A stretch of DNA of 63,789 nt, counting the filler. It is 7 parts of 7 records of this genome, joined end to end, with 100 filler letters (N's around TTAATTAATTAA, not from the genome) between each part and the next. Parts side by side here need not be neighbours in the genome. Positions count along the whole stretch, not along the records: positions 54,145 to 63,789 come from SRR31147125_40543; 6 more parts are not named here. One strand, written 5' to 3'. Below the pieces are notes generated by a model. That model had not been told where the DNA came from and searched no databases. It saw nothing but the letters and a program-made list of their open reading frames with translations. Position numbers and translations under genes: made by a program. Positions 54,145-63,378 of this stretch are shown piece by piece. The number at the start of each line of letters is the position of its first letter. Within the stretch, counting starts at the first letter, position 1.

Positions 54145-54919
54145 AAAGGCTTTGATAATCCGTCAGGGTTTTCTCTATCTTGAATTGATTTGTTTTGGGT
54201 GGTTTTATTTTATTTAATATGGGATCAAGACTAATTTCAATTCCAGCTTTCGTCTTTTCTATAGACCCGATTTTCTCAATGAAGCGTTCAGTTTTAACAT
54301 CAAATACTTTACCCAACCATTTCAACCTTTCTTTTACCACATCAATTAGGAAATTATATAATTCGGTACCTCCCATTAAAACACCATCGAGATAAAAAGT
54401 GACTACCGGCAATGAAATCCATTCTGCAGCAAGGCCAGAATCCGGCGATAAAGTCTGGCATTTATCAGCGATGGTCCTCAACCATAATTGAAAATTCTGA
54501 TGTCCCTGATGATATTCACTGAATCTTAATCCATTTACTCCCATCATCATTGCTTTATCAAGACCAGGGCCACACAACTTAACTTTGCCATTGAGGTCCT
54601 TTATAAAACTTTCAGATAATGAGGGTAAAGTTCCTTCATGTGGTAACTTGGCCAACCAGGAAAACCGTTCTGAAATATTAGATAAATACTCGTTCAGTTT
54701 TTCTTCATCCTCTAAAAAGATCAAAGGATCCAGGTCCTCAACAAGATTTAGAGAGAACCATTCAAATATCAAATCCTGGTCTTCATTATTTCTATTAAGC
54801 CAATCGGAAACACTTGATACCCAATGATCAAAGGATCTCTTTATACCCTTTTGTGCTTCTATCAGGTTTATTCCAGCGATGACAATATCATGATATGTTT
54901 TCACCTTATATTCCCCCAT
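54145..54919 (-). CDS. Hypothetical protein with an internally duplicated helical domain, 3'-truncated
   Basis: Open frame to the contig edge; two copies of FxxW...LxxEWxSL...ERxxWLxK. Confidence 0.7.
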
Positions 54920-55887
54920 TTTATATCATTGAGTTTACTATAACCAAAGTTTACTACCATTTCAGGTGTTGGTACCAACCGATCAGGCCAATCTCCGGTA
55001 GCCCATTTTGCTTTAAATTCCTTCCTCGGCATGAGCACCGTTCTTTTTCTTGGTTTTCCGCTCTTTCGAAGAATTGGTTCTCCACTATTAATGATAAGAT
55101 CCATAAAGTGCTTGTTATCCTGAGTTCTTATTTGTTTTGCTTGCCCTGATTTTACATCTTTTTCATCAAAATAATTGAGTTCCTTATTTTTAAAGGCAAT
55201 TGCACCACGATCAAATGCAATCTGTTTGAGCGCTAATAAATCCCGATGCGTTTCCTCTTCACCAACTGACATTGTCATAAATGGCGAGGCCATAATTCTG
55301 ACAAAGATACCTGCATTGGCTAGTTCTTCCACAGCCTTTAATCTTGCATTAATAGATGGTGCGAATGGCTCAACTTGACGGCTTAGCTTTTGATCAGCAG
55401 TAATAATTGTTATTTCTACCTGGACGATGTGTCTCATTTCTGTAAGAAGGTCGACATAGTTTGTGATAGAATTGGATTTGGTAACGATGTGAACCATCCA
55501 TCGATTACCAGAATCCCAATGTCGACGAAATACTTCCATCGTTTCTCGCATTATATCCCGATTGTAATGCTTTTGCATATAGTTGATCACCTTCGGATGA
55601 AATCCTTCAGTAGCCGGATTGACCTGAATCCTTTTAAGATGTTGTGGTAATTCTCGAAATTTCTCAAGTTCGATATCCAGCTTTTCTGGGATCCAGTTCT
55701 TTACTATCATTTCTTCACCAAACGCTGTATGCATTGAGAATGGAAAGCCTTGCAAGTAGCAGTAATTGCATGCATAAAAACAGCCAATGTTCATATTAAG
55801 AGTGAAGGGGAAATTGAACATATCGATTTTTTTCTGTGGGGATAAGGCTTTTCCCTTTTTGTTATGGAGCCGTATTGTTGCTTTCAT
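54901..55887 (-). CDS. Radical SAM protein, SplB/spore-photoproduct-lyase-like
   Basis: CxxxCxxC (GCFYACNYCY), IVTKS, VEPFAPSINARLKAVEELANAGI; AAGGAG RBS. Confidence 0.85.
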   Translation of the reverse strand: MKATIRLHNKKGKALSPQKKIDMFNFPFTLNMNIGCFYACNYCYLQGFPFSMHTAFGEEMIVKNWIPEKLDIELEKFRELPQHLKRIQVNPATEGFHPKVINYMQKHYNRDIMRETMEVFRRHWDSGNRWMVHIVTKSNSITNYVDLLTEMRHIVQVEITIITADQKLSRQVEPFAPSINARLKAVEELANAGIFVRIMASPFMTMSVGEEETHRDLLALKQIAFDRGAIAFKNKELNYFDEKDVKSGQAKQIRTQDNKHFMDLIINSGEPILRKSGKPRKRTVLMPRKEFKAKWATGDWPDRLVPTPEMVVNFGYSKLNDIKWGNIR

Positions 55888-55934
55888 TCATTGTCTCCTT
55901 TATAGAAATAGGGCATCATATGACGCCCCATTTG

Positions 55935-56420
55935 TTATAATTCATTGTTTGCCACTATTGAACGAATTGTTTTTAAATCAGCAACAATCGCTTCATAAAT
56001 ATTTTCATTTGAATCTTTATTACTTGATAAATTTCCAGATGAATTATCATAATAGGATATATCGAATAACTTTCTTATTTCTTCCTTTTCATTCTCAAAA
56101 AGGCCTACCAAGTTATTAAATTTGGTAAGATTCTCTTTTGAAGAACCTTCATAGTCGTATGATACCAAAAAGTTCTTCTCTTGAGATCTTGAAATAAAAA
56201 TCATTTCAAATAATTTTGTACCAAATTTTTCCTCATCGTATAAAATTATATTGATTTTTTCTGGAACATCTCTTCCTATTTCATTACGTAAATCCTCAAG
56301 CTCACAATAACATTCTGGTGTCCACGGACCAAAGTGACAATCAAATTCCAAAGGAAATATCTTTCCGGAAATGTCTAATCCATTTTCAGCTTCTTCACAG
56401 TCATCGGTTATTTTAATCAT
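55935..56420 (-). CDS. Hypothetical acidic protein
   Basis: 161-aa ORF with GAGGT RBS, co-oriented with its neighbours. Confidence 0.65.
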   Translation of the reverse strand: MIKITDDCEEAENGLDISGKIFPLEFDCHFGPWTPECYCELEDLRNEIGRDVPEKINIILYDEEKFGTKLFEMIFISRSQEKNFLVSYDYEGSSKENLTKFNNLVGLFENEKEEIRKLFDISYYDNSSGNLSSNKDSNENIYEAIVADLKTIRSIVANNEL

Positions 56421-56443
56421 TATTACCTCTTATTTTGGAGTTA

Positions 56444-56475
56444 AGAAAATGCCCGGCAAAATCGCCGGGCTTTTT
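56444..56475. terminator. Hairpin, possible bidirectional terminator
   Basis: GCCCGGC-N6-GCCGGGC flanked by A-rich and T-rich tracts. Confidence 0.55.
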
Positions 56476-56481
56476 CATTAC

Positions 56482-57048
56482 TTATTCGTTATCTTCATCT
56501 TCAAATTGTGTCAAGGAATCCAGAGCTGTTAATCGAACTGATAAATCATGATCTTTACCGAGTTGCTCTAATATTTCCTGAGGCTGATCCGGATCTGCTG
56601 CAAACCATCCACGTATTTCATGCTCTGGATGACAAAGTAAGTATGATTTTATTTTATCGATCCCATCAACATGGGCAAAGTCCTCAAGTCGTTTAACAAG
56701 CGCAGTCAAAATGCCGATGTCATTCGATTCAACCAGTTTCTTTACCTGCGCTGCATTAAAATACTTGGCAGCCTCCTCGTTTGAGAACAGGCTTGCTAAA
56801 ACTATACGTTGATCATCTTCGACAAGAACATCAAAGATTGATTTTGGCATCGGCCTTAGATAAGCGATCTGTGAACGCAAATCAACTGAACCGTTTTTCG
56901 CCAATTCAAGAAAAAATTCCTCATTGTCTGTCTGATCCACACCTGTAAGTTCTTCAACGATCATCTCAAGATGTGTAGAACCCAATTCAATTTCTTTTCC
57001 GTTCACAATTAGTTTTGTTGTTAATTTTTTTCCGTCGATTTTACGCAT
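56482..57048 (-). CDS. HEAT / leucine-rich-variant repeat-like protein
   Basis: GGAGG RBS; repeats such as LAKNGSVDLRSQIA, LLCHPEHEIRGWFA and LGKDHDLSVRLTAL. Confidence 0.65.
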   Translation of the reverse strand: MRKIDGKKLTTKLIVNGKEIELGSTHLEMIVEELTGVDQTDNEEFFLELAKNGSVDLRSQIAYLRPMPKSIFDVLVEDDQRIVLASLFSNEEAAKYFNAAQVKKLVESNDIGILTALVKRLEDFAHVDGIDKIKSYLLCHPEHEIRGWFAADPDQPQEILEQLGKDHDLSVRLTALDSLTQFEDEDNE

Positions 57049-57193
57049 GTAAAACCTCCTTGTCTATTTATTAAATTATAATTAATTAATAACCCGACTG
57101 ATACTTTTCATTTCAATCGAGCTTTCATAAATAGATACACGGAGAATGGATTTTTTGGTATTTTAGTTAGATTTTATTGAAGATTTTGGAGGG

Positions 57194-57221
57194 AAAAATA
57201 AAGCCCGATCATTGACCGGGC
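57194..57221 (-). terminator. Intrinsic terminator after the sigma-like gene
   Basis: Minus strand GCCCGGTC-AAT-GATCGGGC-TTTATTTTT. Confidence 0.65.
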
Positions 57222-57230
57222 CTCAATTTA

Positions 57231-57967
57231 TTATTTGATTATCTTTGATAACGTGGAGATAGCATCCACCCCTAACTTTTCTAATACGTTCCGGGATATC
57301 TTCTGGCCTGCCTTTAATAATTCATCATCTATTACCTCTTCTTTTCTAAAAAGATCTTTAAAAAAGTCGAAAATTGCGAATTCAAAAACTGCAGCGGTGG
57401 CTGAGACAGCTACTAACATTTTATTCTTCGATTCAAACGCTTCTGCTTTTCTTTTAATACGTCTAAAAATATCATGTCCCTTTACTCCAGACAGACCCAT
57501 GAGTCGGGCTACTTTTGTTATGTTTATTTTTGCATCTTCCTCAGCAATTTCTATATAAAGATCAAGAAATTGAAGTTCATCTTCACGCAGTTCTTCTTTT
57601 AATTCGCTTACAAATTTTTGTATCGTTTCTTTTCTTTGTATATCCATAACTGGATCCCCTGGATCATATGGTAAGGATTCACTGTATTCCTCAATGGGCC
57701 TGCCATTTCTTTTAATTTTGTCTTTTTAAAATTAATGATATTATTCCTCAATGCCTTGAGAACGTAACCTTTGAAATACGCAGAATCGTCGCTGAATTGC
57801 TGTAATAAATTCTTGTCTTTTTGCATCCTTTCAAAACATTTAACCAATGTTTGTTGAACAACTTCTTGCGCATCATCCTCATTTAACTCTCTGTTCAAAG
57901 CAAAGCCAAATAATTTAGCATTTAGCCGATTAAACTGTTCCTCAAATGAAAATTGTTTTATTGACAT
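57231..57967 (-). CDS. ECF-type sigma-70-like factor with C-terminal extension; frameshift at homopolymer 57723-57727
   Basis: Region 2 (DDAQEVVQQTLVK...FKGYVLKALRNNIIN) in 57608-58012 and a region-4-like HTH (NITKVARLMGLSGVKGHDIFRRIKRK) in 57231-57647. One extra A joins them via FKKDKIKRNGRPIEEY. Confidence 0.7.
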
Positions 57968-58027
57968 ACCTATCCCTATATTATATACAATGACATCGGT
58001 GTTTTTTGGCAAAAAAGTTGAAAAAAA

Positions 58028-59182
58028 TTATTTACAGGCAATGATTTGTACAGTTGCTTGTTGGAGTCTGCTAATAAGAATTTCAGGATCAAATCTCTTT
58101 CTATAATTATATTTTAAAGTTTTCGAAATCCCTGGAATCTCAGATAAAAAATTATATAATACTTCACTTTTTATCGCATAATTCACATTTTGAAATCTCT
58201 TCAACGAAGCATTTGTAATCCCAAGCAAGGAACCACTTTTTTTATCAATCAATGGCCCACCAGAATTTCCCGGCTGAATAGCTGCGTCTATTTGAAAAAA
58301 TCTTGAATCATCCTGATATCCACACATTGCGCTAACAACACCTTGTGTCATTTTGGGGGCAAAACCTTGTACATCGGGCTGAGGATATCCAAACGTAATC
58401 ACTTCCTGGCCCATTAGTACTTTTTTAGAAAAAAACAAATACTCTGGAGATGAACAATCAATCTGTAAAAGACATATATCGTTCAATTCATCTAATGATA
58501 TAATTTTTGCATCAAAAAAATCTAATTGAGTACGAATCTTAAGTTTTTTGCTATTCTCTATAACATGATAATTTGTAACGATATAACCTAAATCATTAAT
58601 AAAAAATCCTGTACCATAATCTTTAATTTTTATTTTTTCTAACAACTGATCAAATTTGTATTGGAATAACATCTGTTCATAGGTATTAGATGGTAGATGT
58701 AAAATTTTAATGGCCTCTTTAATTGCACTTTCTTCATCTAAGCAAAAATCATCATCAATGTGCGCCAATCCCAATAAAAAATATATCAAATTTACATTTT
58801 TATTATAATCATAGTCAGTTATTTTGCCATACTGCTCAATGTAAAACTGAAAGTCTGCTTTATCCCCTGTAACTGAATCAAATACCTGTAAAAAATATTC
58901 TAGTGCATGATCATCAAGATTAAGACCTTCTTGTAAGATATCTTCGATCATTTTTATTTCTTTACGGCTAATTTTTCCATCTATATTAGCCATTTTAGCG
59001 ACACAGGATATCATACATAATAATTCTGCTTCGTTTTCCAAATCATCAATTGAATTCTTATCAGTGTCTGTCAATAAAGAACCTACTAGAGCTCCCATCG
59101 CCATTCCACCCATAGGACCACCAAAAAATCCACCTACAAAACCGCTTGCACTAGTTATAGCCAATCTTTTCCAATAATTCAT
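58028..59182 (-). CDS. TerB/DjlA-like N-terminal domain fused to a trypsin-like serine protease
   Basis: Glycine-zipper TM (GGFFGGPMGGMAMGALVG); MANIDGKISRKE and LAHIDDDFCLDE; protease triad motifs TNYHVI, NDICLL and IQPGNSGGPL. Confidence 0.85.
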   Translation of the reverse strand: MNYWKRLAITSASGFVGGFFGGPMGGMAMGALVGSLLTDTDKNSIDDLENEAELLCMISCVAKMANIDGKISRKEIKMIEDILQEGLNLDDHALEYFLQVFDSVTGDKADFQFYIEQYGKITDYDYNKNVNLIYFLLGLAHIDDDFCLDEESAIKEAIKILHLPSNTYEQMLFQYKFDQLLEKIKIKDYGTGFFINDLGYIVTNYHVIENSKKLKIRTQLDFFDAKIISLDELNDICLLQIDCSSPEYLFFSKKVLMGQEVITFGYPQPDVQGFAPKMTQGVVSAMCGYQDDSRFFQIDAAIQPGNSGGPLIDKKSGSLLGITNASLKRFQNVNYAIKSEVLYNFLSEIPGISKTLKYNYRKRFDPEILISRLQQATVQIIACK

Positions 59183-59490
59183 TATCAAGTTCCCTTTTTG
59201 TTGGTTTGGATAATAAACAATTAATACAATTTTCATACCATGACTAAGCATTGATATAATATATTGTTATTTATTAAGTAATAAACATTCATTTTCAACC
59301 ATGGGCACTGTAATCATTAAATTATGAAATTGTTGAATTGCAAAATGAAAAGATTAAAAAAAACTAGACATTTTAATCAAAAATTATTAAATTATTATAT
59401 ATATTTTTAACACTGTAATCTAACCAGGTGGATGAAAATCTACCACATTAACATGACCTCATAAATCTTTCCTTTTTTTGTAAAATAAAT

Positions 59491-59519
59491 TTGACTTCAA
59501 TCAAGAAATAGTTTAGATT
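59491..59519 (+). promoter_or_regulatory. Sigma-70 promoter of the replication operon
   Basis: TTGACT-N17-TAGATT. Confidence 0.5.
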
Positions 59520-59621
59520 TAATTATATACCCAAGGCAGTGCTGTTTTGAATGGGCGTATCAATTTTATGCCCATTCTTTTCAGCCATTATGTTTAAAAC
59601 CGATGCGGAGGTTGAAATGAA

Positions 59622-59786
59622 GTGAAATACTTCAACGTAAGACTTGCTCCATATCTGGAGGAAGAGATACTTAATAAAATAATAAAAGAAACAAAAAAGC
59701 CGGTCTCATTGAGATACGTGGCTAGAAAATTCAATCTAACAGTTTATGCTGTTAAGAGATTATTAGAATATCACAAATCAATATGA
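59622..59786 (+). CDS. Small helix-turn-helix protein (54 aa, below the ORF track cut-off)
   Basis: GGAGG at 59607-59611, GTG start; translation VKYFNVRLAPYLEEEILNKIIKETKKPVSLRYVARKFNLTVYAVKRLLEYHKSI has an HTH-like C-terminus. Confidence 0.6.
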   Translation: MKYFNVRLAPYLEEEILNKIIKETKKPVSLRYVARKFNLTVYAVKRLLEYHKSI

Positions 59787-59832
59787 AAGGTCAATACTTG
59801 ATCAAATTTAAAACAAAACCAAATTTACAATT

Positions 59833-62244
59833 ATGTATGAAAGGCAAAATTATGTAGACGAAATTAAACGAATTCCAATAACAGATGTAGTCAATCGACT
59901 TGGATTGAAATTACACAAAACAGGTAATACTCTCAGGGGAAATTGTCCTACCGGGCATGCTTCAAAACATGGCAATTGTTTTTGCATCGTTCCTGATGGC
60001 AATTACTTTCATTGCTTTCATGACGGTTGTGATGCAGCAGGTGATGTGATAAAACTCGTTGAAATTGTTAATAACATCGATTTCAAAGAAGCCATTTCAT
60101 GGCTCGGCAATGAATTTAATATCATTACACCTTCCAGCTTTAAAGAACCTACCCAAAAAATAAACTACGAACTTTATAAAAACGCGGCATTATATGAGGA
60201 GCTTTATCAGTATGGTCGTTATTTACTATGCCAATCCGATGGTGCTGAAGCTCGCCAGTATTTAACAAAGCATCGCGGATTCACAGAAGAATCACTTAAA
60301 AAAACCGAATGGATCTTCTTCCCTCCTGAAGACATCGCAAAAGCTCATCTGATCGATAAATTTCCGGAAGCAGAAGAACAGATTAAAAATCTGCACCTTG
60401 ACAGTTTCAGGGAAATAACTTACTGGGCATCATTTCCATACCGTAACAGAGATGGTTTGATAACAGGTTTTCTAAAACGAGCTTTAAAACCATCAGGATA
60501 CGATGTTACTTTTAAAAAAGGCAATGTCGCCAGTGAACTAAGATGGCATAGTACAGCTGGAACAAACAAACATGATCTGTTTAACCTGCATCGATGCAAA
60601 GGGCAGGAATGGCTTTTAATATTAGAAGGTTATCCTGATGCAATCTTGCTGCCAACGATGGGCCTGGAAAATGTTGTTGCTGTGGGGCAGGGAAAGTTAT
60701 CAAAGACTCACATCGAAGGACTCGATGAGTTTGGTGTGCGGAACGTAATTATGTCTTTTGATAATGACACTCCGGATGACAAGGGCAACCGGCCTGGCAT
60801 GAATAATACCATCGATGCTGTAAAGCTTTTGCTCGATGAAACCAGAATCAATGTGTTCGTGATAGATCCTGAACTGCTTGATCCATACAAGGATCCGGAT
60901 GAACTTGTTAGAGCGATGGGAGTTGATTTGTACTACGAGTTAACAGCCAATGCTGAAGCTGGTGCATCCTGGCTGGCGAAAAAGATGCTCGAAAAATATG
61001 ACGATGGTGTGGATTTACAAAAACAGCAGGCATTGGATGAAGCTTGTGAGCTATTAGAGAAAATCAATAGTAGACTCGCCTACGACCAGTTCATCGATGC
61101 ATTATCCAAGGGACTAAAGATGAACATCGAGGCTATAAAAGATTACATCGGAGATTACAAACAACGCATCGAACTGGCTCGAATCAATGAAGAATACAAA
61201 AAATTAACTTCTGAAGCAGAATGTCTGCGAAGCAAAGGCGACCTGGAAGAAGTTTCAAAATTCATTGAGGAAAAAGGTCTTGAGCTTAAAAATGAGTTAT
61301 ATAAAACAAAAATCAAACCCATCTCGTCATTATCAGATCGTCTCATCGAGAAATACGAATTTGAGAAAAACAGACCTGATGGATTATTAGGGTATCCTCT
61401 TGAGAAATTTAATAAGCTGGCTGAACGCATCGACGGTGTTCAACCTGGATTATATCTGATAGGCGCTGAGACCAACGTAGGTAAAACAGCGATGCTAACA
61501 AATCTTTGTTTGGACCTGATACAATCTAATGATGATGTTCGAACGTTATACTTTTCAATGGACGACAGCTGGAGCGTTATCATCAACCGATTATTAGGAA
61601 TATTAACTGAAATAGACCTGAATAAAGTACAAAGACGACAGACTGATGCCATAGGTATGAAAAAATTAAAAGAGGCCTATGACTACCTCGTTAATTTATC
61701 AGAACAGGATCGCTTATTCATCAAGGATCTTGGAGAAGTTACCAGTTACAACCAGGTCGAAGCAGTAATAAGAGAATTATATGATAATGATAAGTTCTGC
61801 GTCTTTATCGATGGATTATATAATATCGATGTAGATAGCAATGGCAATATTCGTGATGCTAATGTCGAACGGGCTATGAAAATTAAAATGCTCGTTGATA
61901 CTTACCGAATACCAATGATTTGCACAGCGGAATTGCGAAAGAAAACCAAGCAAGAAGGGAAAGATAAACCACCAACGATGAATGATATCATGGAATCAGG
62001 AAAATATGGCTACAATGCTAATGTAGGTTGGCTGTTATCTGCAAAATACAAAGACATGAAAGAATTAGATGATTTGCCAGTTACGATGAATTACGAAAAA
62101 AACAAATTATCGCATTACAAAGGGTATCAGGATCTCACCTTTATTCGCAGTAAGGGAATAATGTTAGAAGGACCTGCTCCAGGATCGAATCTGATAAATA
62201 ATTTATTACAATCTAACGTCGGAGGCGAACTTGATTTTAACTAA
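59833..62244 (+). CDS. DNA primase-helicase fusion (CHC2 zinc finger, TOPRIM, DnaB-like helicase)
   Basis: CPTGH...FHCFHDGC zinc finger; ILEGYPDA and SFDND TOPRIM motifs; KDPDE; Walker A GAETNVGKT; YFSMD; Walker B VFIDGL. Confidence 0.88.
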   Translation: MYERQNYVDEIKRIPITDVVNRLGLKLHKTGNTLRGNCPTGHASKHGNCFCIVPDGNYFHCFHDGCDAAGDVIKLVEIVNNIDFKEAISWLGNEFNIITPSSFKEPTQKINYELYKNAALYEELYQYGRYLLCQSDGAEARQYLTKHRGFTEESLKKTEWIFFPPEDIAKAHLIDKFPEAEEQIKNLHLDSFREITYWASFPYRNRDGLITGFLKRALKPSGYDVTFKKGNVASELRWHSTAGTNKHDLFNLHRCKGQEWLLILEGYPDAILLPTMGLENVVAVGQGKLSKTHIEGLDEFGVRNVIMSFDNDTPDDKGNRPGMNNTIDAVKLLLDETRINVFVIDPELLDPYKDPDELVRAMGVDLYYELTANAEAGASWLAKKMLEKYDDGVDLQKQQALDEACELLEKINSRLAYDQFIDALSKGLKMNIEAIKDYIGDYKQRIELARINEEYKKLTSEAECLRSKGDLEEVSKFIEEKGLELKNELYKTKIKPISSLSDRLIEKYEFEKNRPDGLLGYPLEKFNKLAERIDGVQPGLYLIGAETNVGKTAMLTNLCLDLIQSNDDVRTLYFSMDDSWSVIINRLLGILTEIDLNKVQRRQTDAIGMKKLKEAYDYLVNLSEQDRLFIKDLGEVTSYNQVEAVIRELYDNDKFCVFIDGLYNIDVDSNGNIRDANVERAMKIKMLVDTYRIPMICTAELRKKTKQEGKDKPPTMNDIMESGKYGYNANVGWLLSAKYKDMKELDDLPVTMNYEKNKLSHYKGYQDLTFIRSKGIMLEGPAPGSNLINNLLQSNVGGELDFN

Positions 62245-63313
62245 TGAAATATCCAATCGTAAAAATAGACAGAACAACTGCCCAGGAATGGTTACCGATA
62301 ATAATAAACAGGGGTATCTTTTCAAAATACAAAAACCTGCCTGACAAGAACGAAATTCTTAATGAAGCTAAAAATGACATGGGCGTCAATGAATTGACGC
62401 CTGTTCAGGAAAGAGAAATATTAAGCAAAATCGGTGAGTATAAAACAAACCGATGGGTCGTAAAAGATTACGGTAATTATTCCATCGGATTCAATATCAA
62501 AATGTACAATGATTTTCTTAATGAAACGGAAAATGAGTTTAAAGAGGAATTGTCTGGAGACAGATATGAAAAAACGCGTGTTGAGAAAGCCCTGAGACAG
62601 ATCCATTTATATAAACTGGGGCATAAACTGGCGATGATAATATTATCTGAGGCGTATCGGCAGCGCAAGTATGACGAATTGATAATTAATAAAGAAACGA
62701 TTCTGAATTACCTCGGCTACAATTCCAATGAGAAACAAATCTACAATGACATCGATGAGGCGATGTTTTCACTGAGATGGCTGGACTACGTAATTTACAA
62801 ATATAAAAACAAAACAACGATGAAACCTAATTCACTTACAACAGGAAACTTTATTTATAACATGGACGTGGATCAGAAATCTTACACATTGTGGATTAAT
62901 AAAGTGTTTCTTGGATGCATCGAACACGTATTACGTGAAGAAACAGAACAGCTAAACGATGCTGAAAAAAGATGGTCTTTAGAAGAGGATATTTTACATA
63001 CCCCACGGCACTATTATCGATGACTAAAGATTACTCGACATCGGCATATTTACTAGCTCACTTCCTGACATTGGATTCCGGTAACTGTAAATTAAACGGA
63101 AGCGATTACAAAGTAGTCGCGTATAAAGCATCCCGGTTCATGGGAGAAGCAAGGATTACTCATAATCGTCCCACTCGACGAAAAAACAGTCTAATAAAAG
63201 CTCTAAATGAAATCGACATCATCGCTCGGGTGGATCCTGACATTGAAGAGTTGAAAAATATTAAACCAGCAAGATTCGATGATACTCCAATGAGGGTTTA
63301 TATAAAAAAGTAA
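62244..63313 (+). CDS. Putative replication initiator (Rep-like); frameshift at A6 run 62965-62970
   Basis: Translationally coupled to the primase gene (TAATG). One extra A joins 62244-63023 and 62972-63313 (AEKKMVFRRGY). Winged-helix-like segment (ILNYLGY..IYNDIDEAMFSL); directly abuts the iterons. Function inferred from context only. Confidence 0.55.
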
Positions 63314-63378
63314 TCTTTTGGGTGCAGAATCGGCAAAAAAGTAATCTTTTGGGTGCAAAAAGTAATCTTTTGGGTGCA
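63306..63378 (+). repeat. Three perfect 21-bp direct repeats (iteron-like), AAAAGTAATCTTTTGGGTGCA
   Basis: Copies at 63306-63326, 63337-63357 and 63358-63378. Confidence 0.9.

Noticed and set aside
178-62668. Numerous short ORFs overlapping or antisense to long genes (e.g. 4877-5479, 23785-24219, 43031-43528, 52732-53226)
   Set aside because: Shadow frames of well-supported genes with no recognisable motifs.
63306-63378. Direct repeats as a CRISPR array
   Set aside because: Spacers are 10 and 0 nt, the repeats are only 21 nt, and no cas genes are present; an iteron interpretation fits better.
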